DNA of 64,000 nt from an uncultured delta proteobacterium. GTDB taxonomy: Bacteria; Desulfobacterota; Desulfuromonadia; Desulfuromonadales; CAWBQR01. The position numbers were made by a program, and so were the translations under genes. Below are positions 50,422 to 61,438 of the stretch, piece by piece (position 1 is the stretch's first letter; each line of letters starts with the position of its first letter). The notes beneath the pieces were generated by a model, which searched no databases, was not told where the DNA came from, and was given only the letters and a program-made list of their open reading frames with translations. The stretch covers positions 29,455-93,454 of the forward strand of contig CAWBQR010000017.1 of assembly GCA_963791005.1 (NCBI GenBank). The letters are read 5' to 3'.

Positions 50422-51543
50422 CTAATGGTCCAGCTCACTCAAAGCAGGTTTGACGACTTTGGGTAATTGGCCTGTCAAGGCCTTCAGGAATTCGAGCAGG
50501 TCGGATTTTTCCTGCTTGGTCAGCCCAAGGGGTTCGAGAAGTTTCGATTTGTTCGGGCTCTCTCCCCCTCCCCTGTCGTAAAAATCGATGACCTCCTTCA
50601 GCGTTTCCAGGGCACCATTGTGCATGTAAGGACCGGTCTGGGTTACGTTCCTGAGCGTCGGGGTCTTGAAGGCCCCCTTGTCTGCGGGCTTTTTCGTCAC
50701 CAGGTAGCGTCCCATATCCCGGTCGAGCTTCTGGTAGTCCTTGATGCCCATGCGTTGGGCGTCGAAGCGGATGGATGCCAGTACCTTGGGGTCCCTCATG
50801 TATGGCGGGTCGGGATCTCCCAGATTGTGGAAACCCTGGTCGGTGAAATTCGGACCGTTGTGGCAAAGAGTACAGTGCCCTTTACCCTTGAAGATGGACA
50901 TACCCCGTTTGGCCGCATCGCTCATCGCGTCCTTCTTCTCTTTCATGTACTGGTCAAACGGGGAATCGGAGGTCACCAGCGTCCGCTGAAAGGCGGCAAG
51001 GGCCTTGCTTATCCCGGCAGGGGTTATCCCGGTGCCGAAAACCTTCTTGAATCGTTTTTTGTATCCCGGGACGATATTCAGGTCCTGAATGAGCAGGTCG
51101 GTATTTTTGTTCATATGCAAGGGGTTTTTGACCGGGCCCAGAGCCTGCTTCTCCAGCGTCGGAGCCCGGCCATCCCAGATCAGAGCCGTATCATAGGCGA
51201 CGTTAATAAGGGTCGGTGAGTTTCTCCGCTCCTTATTGCTAGGATAGGCGGGGGAAAGTCGGGTATGAGTCGCCCACCCCTGCTCCGGAAGATGACAGGT
51301 GACGCACCCCATACTCCCGTCGCCCGAGAGGCGGGTGTCGAAAAAAAGGAATTTCCCCAGTTCGATCTTCTCCGGCGTCATCGGGTTGTCTTCCGGAACC
51401 GGAACCGGTGGAAGGAGTCCGATTTCCCTGGGCGTCTGGGCGACGTCTGAGGCAAGGGCCACGTTGGGAGCCTGCGGTCCAAAGGCCACAGAAACTCCCC
51501 ATACAACCAGCAGAAAGAACAGAAATTTAATTCTCCGTCTCAT
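50422..51543 (-). CDS. Diheme cytochrome c peroxidase (CCP/MauG family)
   Basis: ELGKFLFFD.RLS, CVTCH, RNSPT, WDGRA, CTLCH, FKTPTLRN..PYMHNG. Confidence 0.92.
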   Translation of the reverse strand: MRRRIKFLFFLLVVWGVSVAFGPQAPNVALASDVAQTPREIGLLPPVPVPEDNPMTPEKIELGKFLFFDTRLSGDGSMGCVTCHLPEQGWATHTRLSPAYPSNKERRNSPTLINVAYDTALIWDGRAPTLEKQALGPVKNPLHMNKNTDLLIQDLNIVPGYKKRFKKVFGTGITPAGISKALAAFQRTLVTSDSPFDQYMKEKKDAMSDAAKRGMSIFKGKGHCTLCHNGPNFTDQGFHNLGDPDPPYMRDPKVLASIRFDAQRMGIKDYQKLDRDMGRYLVTKKPADKGAFKTPTLRNVTQTGPYMHNGALETLKEVIDFYDRGGGESPNKSKLLEPLGLTKQEKSDLLEFLKALTGQLPKVVKPALSELDH

Positions 51544-51779
51544 GGGCGCCTCCTCGATAGCTGGGACGTTTATGAGACATGTTTAACACGGCTTTCTCAG
51601 GGAACAAGCGGGCAGGAACAAAAAATTCTTCGAGACGGGGGAGGGCCGAAGTCGTCAAACCGGAGACGTCTCCCGGTTGCACCCTCCCAGCTCCCACGTA
51701 TACTTGTCTGGGGCTGGAAGAAAGACCTCGGTCGGCTTGCGCTTATTCTAACAGGAAATGAGATGAAATGAGGCGTTGA

Positions 51780-52760
51780 ATGAAACACGATTCCCGGACA
51801 CTGGGTGTTGACCTGGGCGGAACCAAGATCGAGGTAGCCTGGGTGGATTCCGAAGGAAAGATCGGCAGCCGAACCCGCAAGCCCACGCTGGTGGAAAAGG
51901 GTGCAGAAGACATTATCGGAGAGATTATTCAAGCCACCCGACAGCTTCTGAAGGAGTTCGGGCAAAAAGCCGCTCGGCATCGGAGTTGGCGTGGCAGGAC
52001 AGGTCGAAAGGGGGACCGGAAAGGTGAGGTTCGCCCCCAACCTCGATTGGCATGAAGTTCCTCTTCAGGACCGCCTGAACGAGGCGCTCGACCTTCCGGT
52101 AGTGGTCACCAACGATGTGCGCGCGGCCACATGGGGCGAATGGCGTTATGGGTCGGGACAAAACTGCGACGATTTGGTCTGTCTTTTTGTAGGAACCGGA
52201 GTCGGCGGGGGAGTGGTCAGCGGCGGAAGAATCCTTTCCGGCGCCAGCAATGCCGCAGGGGAACTGGGCCATATGACCGTCGACCTCCACGGTCCCCCCT
52301 GCCATTGCCATAATCACGGTTGCCTGGAGGCCCTGGCCGGGGGGTGGGCCATAGCCCGTCGGGCCCGCCAGGCGGTTGCCGATGACCCCGCCGCGGGAGC
52401 CAACCTGCTGCAGATGGTCGTGAACCGAAGAGAGTCCCTCACCGCCGAGGTCGTGGCCCGTGCCGCCAGAGCTGGCGACCCTCTGGCGGGCAGGATCGTA
52501 GAGGAGACGCTGCAAGCCCTGGTCGCCGGCTGTGTCGGCCTGGTAAACGCCTTCAACCCGACCCGCCTCATCCTGGGAGGAGGCGTCATCGAGGGGCTTC
52601 CCGAACTGGTGGGAAAAATCGAGGAAGGCATTCATTCCCGGGCACTGAAGGCAACTCTGGGCCCGTTGAAAGTTCTAAAATCGGCCCTTGGCAATGATGC
52701 GGGAGTCATCGGCGCGGCGGCCCTGGCCATGAAAAAGTTTGGCGCATCAAGGAGACTATC
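51780..52760 (+). CDS. glk: ROK-family glucokinase (frameshift near 51970; no in-frame stop before tkt)
   Basis: [39 protein letters not shown]. Confidence 0.85.
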
Positions 52761-52761
52761 G

Positions 52762-54845
52762 ATGACGACAATAACAGCCGAGAAACTATCGGGAATGCCC
52801 CTGGATGAACTCTGCATCAACACCATCCGAATGCTCTCCGTGGACATGGTCGAGAAGGCCGATTCGGGCCATCCCGGCATGCCGATGGGCGCTGCGTCCA
52901 TGGCCTATGTGCTCTGGACGCGGTTTCTGCGGCACAACCCCGGGAACCCCGCCTGGCCGGATCGGGACCGATTCGTCCTTTCAGCCGGACACGGCTCCGC
53001 CCTTCTCTATTCCCTCCTCCATCTGACGGGGTATGAGATCTCCCTCGACGACATCCGGCAGTTTCGTCAGTGGGGAAGCATCACACCGGGACACCCCGAG
53101 AGGGAAAGGACCCGCGGCGTGGAGGTGACTACAGGCCCCCTCGGGCAGGGCTTCGCCAACGGGGTCGGCATGGCCCTGGCGGAAAGTTTTCTGGCCGCCC
53201 GCTTCAACCGCCCCGGATTCGAAATCGTCAACCACTTCACCTACGCCATCTGCAGCGACGGCGACCTCATGGAGGGGATCGCCTCTGAGGCCGCTTCCCT
53301 GGCGGGGCATCTCAAGCTGGGCAAGCTCATCTACTTCTACGACAGCAACAGCATCTCGCTTGCCGCAGCCACCAGGATCACCTTTACAGAGGATGTCGGT
53401 GAGCGCTTCGAGGCCTACGGCTGGCACGTGCAACGGGTAGAGGACGGAAACGATCTGAGCGCACTGGAAAAGAGTGTGGAGGCGGCCCGAAAGGAAGGCG
53501 GTCGTCCCTCCCTCATCATCGTCCGAACCCATATCGGCTACGGAAGCCCTCACAAGCAGGACTCCTTCGAGGCCCACGGATCCCCGCTCGGCGCAGATGA
53601 GGTCAAGGCCGCCAAAAGAAATCTCGGCTGGCCCGAGGATGCCCAATTCCTGGTCCCGGAACGGGCCGCCGACCACTTTCGCCGGGCGCTCCTGAACGGC
53701 CGTGACCTCGAAGTCCAATGGAGAACCAGGTTTGAGGAGTACGGCCGGAAATACCCCGAGTTGCACGATCAGTGGACAAGGTTCATGGAAGGCGGATTGC
53801 CCGAGGGGTGGGACCTGGAAATTCCCTTTTTCGGCTCCGACCAAAAACCCATCGCAACCCGCTCGGCCGGAAAGGAGGTCATCAACGCCATTGCCGAAAA
53901 GGTCCCCAACCTGGTCGGCGGATCCGCGGACCTCGACCCCTCCACCAAGACCGTCCTCAAGGGGAAGGGAAGCTTCCACCCTCCCGGCTCCGGAGACGAC
54001 AGCGTACAGGGCGCCCCTGGAGGCGAGTGGTCCTACGGGGGGTCGAACATTGCCTTCGGCGTCAGGGAACATGCCATGGGAGGCATTCTCAACGGCATCG
54101 CCGCACACGGCGGCCTCATCCCCTTCGGGGCGACCTTTTTGATCTTCTCCGACTACATGCGCCCTGCCATGCGGCTGGCGGCGCTGAGCAAACTGCCCGT
54201 CATCTACGTTTTCACCCACGACTCGGTGGCCCTTGGCGAGGACGGTCCGACCCATCAGCCCATCGAACACCTGGCCAGTTTCCGGGCGATGCCCAACATG
54301 GTTCTCATCCGGCCCGCGGACGCAAACGAGGTGGCCGAGGCCTGGAAGGCGGCCATGGTCCGGCGGGAGGGCCCCACGATGCTGGTTATGAGCCGCCAGA
54401 ACCTGCCGGTTATCGACCGAGAGCGCTTCGCCCCCGCCGGGGAATTGAAGAGAGGGGCCTACGTCTTGGCGGACCCTGCGGAAGGAAGTCCCCAGGTCAT
54501 CCTCATCGCCACCGGCTCTGAGGTTCACATCGCCCTGGAGGCCTCGGAGAAACTCGCCGCCGACGGGATCCTCGCCCGGGTGGTCAGCATGCCCTCCTGG
54601 GAACTCTTTGAACATCAGGACGAGGCCTACAGAAAAGAGGTCCTTCCGCCTCACCTCACGGCCAGGATAGCCGTTGAGGCGGCCTCACCGCTCGGATGGC
54701 ACAAATACGTCGGCCCGGGGGAAGAATCATCGCCATCGACCATTTCGGCGCATCGGCCCCCGGAGAGGTCAACATGGAAAAGTTCGGCTTTACCGTGGAA
54801 CACATCGTGGCCGAGGCGAAGGAAATTCTGGGAAAATATAGCTGA
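52762..54845 (+). CDS. tkt: Transketolase (frameshift near 54720)
   Basis: [36 protein letters not shown]; own AAGGAG RBS; C-terminus DHFGASAPG in a shifted frame. Confidence 0.95.
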
Positions 54846-54849
54846 AGCC

Positions 54850-54911
54850 GTGAGGTGTGGGGAATGAGGAGAAGAATCCTAAGGTTTTACCCTCCCCCCT
54901 CACCCCTCACC
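54850..54911. repeat. REP-like tandem/inverted repeat (gtgagg... / cctcacccctcac)
   Basis: Purine-rich GTGAGG units paired with CCTCAC units in the tkt-tal gap. Confidence 0.5.
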
Positions 54912-54929
54912 AGATTAGTGGAGACAAAA

Positions 54930-56072
54930 ATGGCAAATACCCTCATTGAACTGAAAAAGGCCGGCCAGAGCCCCTGGGTCGATTATCTGAGTCGCGACCT
55001 CATTCAGTCCGGCAAACTGAAGAGCCTGAGAGACGAGAATGGTCTGTGCGGGGTCACTTCCAACCCGACCATCTTTCAGGAGGCGATGTCCCAAAGCGAC
55101 CTCTATGACGATCGCCTGAAAAAGTTGCTCGATCTGGGGCTTCGGGGAGAAAAGGACCTCTTCGTCGGTCTCAGTCTGCAGGATATCGCCGATGCGGCCG
55201 ACATCCTCCGCCCTGTGTACGACTCGGCCAACGGGCGCGACGGCTTCATCAGCATCGAGGTCTCCCCCGACCTGGCCTACGACGTCGAAGCCACCGTCGA
55301 GGAGGCGCTCCGCCTCTTCACCAGCCTCGCCCGCAAAAATGTAATGATCAAGGTTCCGGCGACTCTCCCTGGCCTGGAGGCCATAGAGAGGTTGACCTCG
55401 GAGGGTGTGAATGTCAACGTGACCCTGCTGTTTTCGGTGGCCCGTTATGGGGAGGTGGTCGAGGCTTATCTTTCAGGGCTTGAAAAGCGCCTTAAAGACG
55501 GAAAGGAGAGCTCGGGAATCGCCTCCGTAGCGAGTTTTTTCGTCAGCCGGGTCGACGTTCTGGTGGATAAATTACTCGAAGAAAGGATATCCAATACCCC
55601 TTCGGAAAAAGAAAAAGATGCTCTTCGAAAACTTCGGGGGCAGACGGCGGTAGCCAATGCCCGACTTGCCTACCAGAAGTTTAAGGAGTTTTTCGCAAGC
55701 GACCGTTTCATCGAGCTCGAATCAAAGGGCGCCCACGTGCAGCGGCTTCTCTGGGGAAGCACCAGCACCAAGAATCCTTCCTATAGCGATATCAAGTACG
55801 TGCAGGAGCTGATCGGGAAAAACACGGTCAACACCATGCCCGAAGAGACGATGATGGCCTTCAAAGATCACGGCGAGGTGAAAATAACCATCGAGAAGGA
55901 TCTCGATGCCGCCCGGGCCCTCTTTCCGGAGCTGGAGAAAGTCGGCATAGACCTCCAACAAGTGACCGATCAGCTCGAAAAGGAAGGGGTAAGAAAATTT
56001 TCGGATTCCTTCGTCAAGGTCCTCTCTGAAACCGCCGCAAAGCGCGACCGGATTCTCATGGAGAGAAAATAG
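54930..56072 (+). CDS. tal: Transaldolase
   Basis: GVTSNPTIF, SIEVSP, MIKVPAT, ASFFVSRVD, QRLLWGST. Confidence 0.95.
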   Translation: MANTLIELKKAGQSPWVDYLSRDLIQSGKLKSLRDENGLCGVTSNPTIFQEAMSQSDLYDDRLKKLLDLGLRGEKDLFVGLSLQDIADAADILRPVYDSANGRDGFISIEVSPDLAYDVEATVEEALRLFTSLARKNVMIKVPATLPGLEAIERLTSEGVNVNVTLLFSVARYGEVVEAYLSGLEKRLKDGKESSGIASVASFFVSRVDVLVDKLLEERISNTPSEKEKDALRKLRGQTAVANARLAYQKFKEFFASDRFIELESKGAHVQRLLWGSTSTKNPSYSDIKYVQELIGKNTVNTMPEETMMAFKDHGEVKITIEKDLDAARALFPELEKVGIDLQQVTDQLEKEGVRKFSDSFVKVLSETAAKRDRILMERK

Positions 56073-56087
56073 CCCGAAATTTCATGG

Positions 56088-56546
56088 ATGGAAATGATGC
56101 GCGTGGGAATTGCCGCCGACCACGGCGGCTTTGAACTCAAGCAGTACCTGGACGTCCGGCTGAAGGAAGCCGGGCATGAGGTGGTGGACTTCGGGGCCGG
56201 CGAAATGGTCCCTGGCGATGACTTTCCCGATTTCGTCGTCCCCCTGGCCGAGGCCGTCTCCGGCGGGAAGGTCGACCGCGGCATCGCGGTCTGCGGCAGC
56301 GGCGTCGGAGCCGCCATTGCCGCCAACAAGGTTCCGGGAGCGAGGGCCGCCCTCGTCCACGAGCCCTATTCGGCACACCAGGGGGTAGAGGACGACGACA
56401 TGAATCTGGTCTGCCTTGGGGGCCATGTTCTCGGACGGGACCTGGCCTGGGAGCTGACCGCCATCTTTCTTCAAGCTCGCTTCAAAGGCCTTGAGCGGTA
56501 CCGCAGAAGACTGGCCAAGATAACGGCATTGGAACATACGCGTTGA
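56088..56546 (+). CDS. rpiB: Ribose-5-phosphate isomerase B
   Basis: ADHGGFELK and CGSGVG...ANKVPG. Confidence 0.93.
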   Translation: MEMMRVGIAADHGGFELKQYLDVRLKEAGHEVVDFGAGEMVPGDDFPDFVVPLAEAVSGGKVDRGIAVCGSGVGAAIAANKVPGARAALVHEPYSAHQGVEDDDMNLVCLGGHVLGRDLAWELTAIFLQARFKGLERYRRRLAKITALEHTR

Positions 56547-56558
56547 ACGGAGAACTCC

Positions 56559-57209
56559 ATGGCGGCCGCGCAGACTATCAAAACCCTTTTTCTTGACATC
56601 GGGGGGGTCCTGCTCACCAACGGATGGGACCACAACAGCCGGCAGCAGGCGGCCAGGGAGTTCAATCTCGATTACGAGGAGATGAACGAACGCCATCATC
56701 TGACCTTCGACGCCTACGAATCGGGAAAAATAAGCCTGTCGCAGTACCTGGACCGTGTTGTTTTTTTCCGGAAGCGCCCTTTCACCCCGGGAGAATTTTG
56801 CGAATTCATCTTCTCCCGGTCCCGTCCCCATCCCGAGATGATTGCCTTGGTCAAGGCCCTCAAATCGCAGTTAGACCTCAAAATCGCCGCGGTGAGCAAC
56901 GAAGGCCGGGAACTGACCGCCTATCGCATCGACAAGTTCCGCCTCCGGGAATTCATCGATTTTTTCATTTCCTCCTGTTTCGTCCATCTCCGCAAGCCCG
57001 ACGAGGATATTTTCCGCATTGCTCTCGATATCTCGCAGACGGCTCCTGAACATGTCCTCTATATCGACGACCGGCGGATGTTCGTGGAGGTAGCGCGAAC
57101 TCTTGGAATTCGCGGACTCCACCACACAAACTACCTGTCAACTCGCCAGGGGCTGAAGGATTTGGGTCTGTTGACAGAGAGATTTCACTCGGAAAGGGAC
57201 CAGAGCTGA
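56559..57209 (+). CDS. HAD-family phosphatase
   Basis: LFLDIGGVLL, RKPD, YIDDR. Confidence 0.9.
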   Translation: MAAAQTIKTLFLDIGGVLLTNGWDHNSRQQAAREFNLDYEEMNERHHLTFDAYESGKISLSQYLDRVVFFRKRPFTPGEFCEFIFSRSRPHPEMIALVKALKSQLDLKIAAVSNEGRELTAYRIDKFRLREFIDFFISSCFVHLRKPDEDIFRIALDISQTAPEHVLYIDDRRMFVEVARTLGIRGLHHTNYLSTRQGLKDLGLLTERFHSERDQS

Positions 57210-58631
57210 TGGCCAAAGAAGCAGAGCTCGGCATGGTGGGATTGGGCGTCATGGGACGCAACTTACTCTTCAACATCGCCGACCACGATTTCGCGGTGGC
57301 AGGCTTCGACCGGGACGCGCAAAAAGTCGGGCAGCTTGAAGGAGGAGGGGGGCTCGGGAAAGGTCTATGCGGTGGGCAGCATCCAGGCCCTGACGGCCGC
57401 CCTGCGCCGCCCCGGGCGGTCATGATGCTGGTTCCCGCCGGAGAGCCGGTCGACAGCCGTCATCGAGGGACCTCGCCCCCTTTCTGGAGCCGGGGGACAT
57501 GCTCATCGATGGCGGCAACTCCCATTTCTACCGACACCGACCGCCGGCAGAAGGAGCATGCAGAAAAAGGGGCTTCACTTTCTCGGAGTAGGCGTCTCAG
57601 GGGGAGAGTACGGCGCCCGCCACGGTCCGAGCATCATGCCGGGAGGGGACAGGGAGGCCTATGAGCGGCTGCGGCCGATGCTGGAAGCCGCTGCCGCCCG
57701 GGTCGACGGCGAACCCTGTGTCGCCTGGCTGGGTCCGGGGTCTGCCGGCCATTTCGTCAAGATGGTCCACAACGGCATCGAGTACGGCCTGATGGAACTG
57801 ATCGCCGAGAGCTTACGATCTGATGAAACGGGGGCTGGAGCTTGACCAACGCCGAACTGCAGGCCGTCTACCGCAGATGGAACGATGGGGCCCTCAACAG
57901 CTTCCTGGTGGAGATCACCGCCGATATCTTCGGCCAGCAGGATGAGCGCAGCGGAGGCTGATCTGATCGACGCATCCTCGACGCCGCCCGCCAGAAAGGA
58001 ACGGGCATGTGGACCTCCCAGGATGCCCTCGAGCTGCAGGTGCCCGTCCCCGCCATCGATATGGCCGTCGATCGATGCGCGATCTCTCCGCCCTCGAGGA
58101 GGAGCGACGGCAGGGCCTCAGAAGCGCTTCGGGGCCCCGACCACCGGATCCGCAGAGAACCGGGAGGCGACTCTCGAACGGCTCGAAAACGCCCTCCGCG
58201 CGGCCTTCCTCATCTCCTATGCGCAGGGAATGGCGCTTCTCCGCGGGCTTCGGCAGAACACGGTTACGGCCTGAAACTCGACGAGGTGGCCCGCATCTGG
58301 CGAGGCGGCTGCATCATCCGCGCCGCCCTGCTGGAGGAAATCCGGACGGCCTACGGAGGCCGCCCGACCTGCCCAACCTCCTTCTCGACCGACGCTGGCC
58401 AGCAAGGTCGTCGCGCTCCAGGAAGACCTGCGTACAGTGCGGGCGCTGGCCGCCCAGCATGGGATTCCGGCGCCCGGCGCTGATGGCCTGCCCTGGCCTA
58501 TTTCGACGGCTACCGCAGCGCCCGCCTGCCGGCCAACCTGATCCAGGCCCAGCGCGACTATTTCGGCTCCCACACCTACGAACGCATCGACGCCGAAGGC
58601 ACTTTCCACACCGAGTGGAACCGAGGAGTGA
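57209..58631 (+). CDS. gnd: 6-phosphogluconate dehydrogenase (multiple frameshifts)
   Basis: [47 protein letters not shown] and QAQRDYFG spread over several frames. Confidence 0.9.
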
Positions 58632-58635
58632 ACCG

Positions 58636-60156
58636 ATGAGGGACGCGCTGAAGCACCCCGAACCGACAGTTTTCGTCATCTTCGGCGCCGCAGGGGACCT
58701 GACCCGCCGCAAGCTGGTCCCGGCCCTCTACAATCTTTTCGTCGACGGCAGCTCCCGGAGCGTTTCCAGGTCCTCGGGGTGGACGCAAGCGACCTTCGAC
58801 GACGGGAAGTTCCGCCAGCACCTGCGCCAGGGGATGGCGGCAATTCTCCCGGCGCGGCAAGGTCGAGGAAAAGGTCTGGGCGGATTTCGCCAAGTCCCTC
58901 TCCTATATCGGTGGAGACTTCACCGATGCCGCAGACCGGCGAGACGCTGAAGGAGACGCTGGAAGATATGACCGCGAATGGGACGCCAAGGCCGACCCGA
59001 ATCTTCTACCTGGCCACTCCGCCTACTCTGGTCGCGCCCCTGGCCAGTCACCTGAACGAGACGGGACTGTGCAGGGACTGCGGCGGGACCGCCTGGTGGT
59101 GGAAAAACCCTTCGGCCACGACCTGGAGTCGGCCCGGACCCTCGACGGCATCCTGACCGGATCTCTTCGAGGAGAGCCAGATCTACCGCATCGACCACTA
59201 CCTCGGGCAAGGAAACGGTCCAGAACATCCTGGCCTTCCGCTTCGCCAACGCCCTTTTCGAACCGATCTGGGACCGCCGTTACATCGATCATGTGCAGAT
59301 CACCGTGGCCGAAACCGTCGGCGTCGGGCACCGCGGCGGGTACTACGACCATGCCGGGGCCCTGCGGGACATGGTGCAGAACCATCTGCTGCAGCTTCTC
59401 TGCCTGATAGCCATGGAATCCCCGTCTCCTTCGAGGCCGACGAGATCCGCAACAAGAAGGTCGACGTCCTGCGGGCCGTCCGTCCCGATCCGACCCGAGG
59501 AGGTCCACCGATTCGCGGTCCGAGGCCAGTACGGCAAGGGGCATCTCGAACGGCAAAACGGTCGCCGGCTACCGGGAGGAGGAAAAGGTCGCCCCCGACT
59601 CCTCCACCGAGACCTTCGCCGCCCTCAAGCTCTGCATCAACAACTGGCGCTGGGAAGGGGTTCCCTTCTACCTGCGCACCGGCAAGCGCCTGGCGCCAAG
59701 GTCACCGAGGTCTCGATCATCTTTCGGCCGGCTCCGCACCAGCCCTTCCCCTCCTCCGCGGTGGAGAACTGGCAGCCGAACCGGCTGGTGATCCGCATCC
59801 AGCCCGAGGAGGGGATCCTCATGCGCATCCAGGCCAAGCAGCCCGGCACCCGGATGGTCGCTCGGACCCGGTGGAGATGAAGTTTCTCTACGAAGAAGCC
59901 TTCAGGACCGTCTCCCCTGCAGCCTACGAAACGCTGCTGCTCGATGTGATGCGAGGGGATGCCACCCTCTTCATGCGCGCCGACCAGGTCGAAGACGGCC
60001 TGGTCGGTCATCACGCCCGTTCTCGAAGCCTGGGAGGCCGTCCCTTCGGGGGATTTCCCCGATTACCTTCCCGGCAGCTGGGGCCCGGAGACGGCCGACA
60101 TTCTCATCACCCAGGATGGCAGGAACTGGTTGACGCCAATCCTGAAAGATGAATGA
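58636..60156 (+). CDS. zwf: Glucose-6-phosphate dehydrogenase (multiple frameshifts)
   Basis: [45 protein letters not shown] and AYE.LL.D across frames. Confidence 0.9.
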
Positions 60157-60905
60157 ACCGGGCAGATAAGGACATAGTCCGGATTTTTCCCGGCCACGAG
60201 GCCCTCAGCCGGTGTGCGGCGGCCCTGTTCACCGAAACGGCGCAGGCCGCCGTCCGGGACCGGGGCCGTTTCTGCGTGGCCCTGGCCGGCGGGAGCACCC
60301 CGAGGCACACCTACGAGCTGCTGGCCCTCCCCTCTTTCCGTGATCAAGTGCCCTGGTCCGGCATCCACGTCTTCTGGGGAGACGAGCGGTGCGTTCCTCC
60401 CGAGGACCCGCAAAGCAACGAGCGCATGGCTCGGGAAGCCCTCCTCGACCGGGTCCCCCTCCCGAGGGAACAGATACACCCAATCCGCTGCGCAGCCCAA
60501 CCTGAAGCGGCCGCCCTGGATTACGAGAGGCTTCTCAGAAAATATTTCGGGGAGGAGGGGCCCTCCTTCGACATGGTTTTCCTCGGCCTGGGGGAGAACG
60601 GTCATACCGCCTCCCTCTTTCCCGGAGACCCGATTCTATGGGAAAGAGATCGTTGGGCTGCCGACGTCTTTCCTGGCGGAGAGGGCATTCGGAGGGTTAC
60701 CCTGACCGCCCCTATTCTCAACCGGGCGCGGGAGGTGGCATTTCTGGTGAGCGGAAAGGGGAAAGCCCAGATTTTGCTGGAGGTGCTGGAGGGGGCAAAT
60801 GACCCGGAGAGGCTCCCGGCCCAGCTCATCCGGCCCGAACCGGGACGGCTTCACTGGCTGGTGGACCGGGAGGCGAATAGGCTGGCCGGGTTGGTGGAGG
60901 GTTAA
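60153..60905 (+). CDS. pgl: 6-phosphogluconolactonase
   Basis: LAGGSTP, FWGDERCVP, LGLGENGHTASLFP. Confidence 0.95.
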   Translation: MNRADKDIVRIFPGHEALSRCAAALFTETAQAAVRDRGRFCVALAGGSTPRHTYELLALPSFRDQVPWSGIHVFWGDERCVPPEDPQSNERMAREALLDRVPLPREQIHPIRCAAQPEAAALDYERLLRKYFGEEGPSFDMVFLGLGENGHTASLFPGDPILWERDRWAADVFPGGEGIRRVTLTAPILNRAREVAFLVSGKGKAQILLEVLEGANDPERLPAQLIRPEPGRLHWLVDREANRLAGLVEG

Positions 60906-60907
60906 AT

Positions 60908-60985
60908 CGACGGCACAGAGAGAGGCGAAATCCAGTTCCTCGGATTTTCTCCGTGCCCTCTGGTGAGCGAAGCGAACGGGTGCTG
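60908..60985. repeat. REP-like repeat
   Basis: ggcacagagag...ctccgtgccctctggtgagcgaagcgaacgggtg imperfect inverted repeat after pgl. Confidence 0.45.
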
Positions 60986-61047
60986 AAAAAGAAATTATGG
61001 GCCTGATTCCAACCACTTGAGCCAACTGTAAAACCAGATTACGCTTT

Positions 61048-61218
61048 TTATCCTTCCCCCTCCTGCAAATCCCGCTCTGTAATCCAGTACGTCTGCTTGT
61101 GCGGGCTGCGGGTCAGTTCGGCCAGGCGCTTCTCGGCGGGTCGCCTTTCGGGGAAGGAGTCGACCAGAAAACGGTTGCCGTTGTCGTCCTGGCGCCAGAG
61201 ATCAAAGAGTGTTTCCAT
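61048..61218 (-). CDS. Small conserved protein (56 aa) missing from the ORF track
   Basis: METLFDLWRQDDNGNRFLVDSFPERRPAEKRLAELTRSPHKQTYWITERDLQEGEG; the WRQDDNGNRF...HKQTYW pattern is a recognisable small-protein family. Confidence 0.75.
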   Translation of the reverse strand: METLFDLWRQDDNGNRFLVDSFPERRPAEKRLAELTRSPHKQTYWITERDLQEGEG

Positions 61219-61288
61219 CCGCAAATGTCTCGTTTGACATTGGAGAGTTTTCCCCCGGCCGCCGCATCAGTCCTCCCTAAAAATACTC

Positions 61289-61438
61289 CTTTCGCAAAAA
61301 CTTCATTGGATGGCTAAGCGAAAATTTCGTCCTACAAGGCCTGGTGGTTTTTCAGGGGCGAAGGCCTACATCAGGTAGGTCGAGGTCCTGAAAAACCGCT
61401 GTAACGCCGCCAAGGGCGGACTTTTAGCGACGCCATCA
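61289..61438. mobile_element. MITE-like repeat, copy 2
   Basis: Shares GGATGGCTAAGC...CAGGGG(G)CGAAGGCCTACATCAGGTAGGTCGAGGTCCTGAAAA...GCGACGCCATCA with 20297-20453; left IR eroded. Confidence 0.8.
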
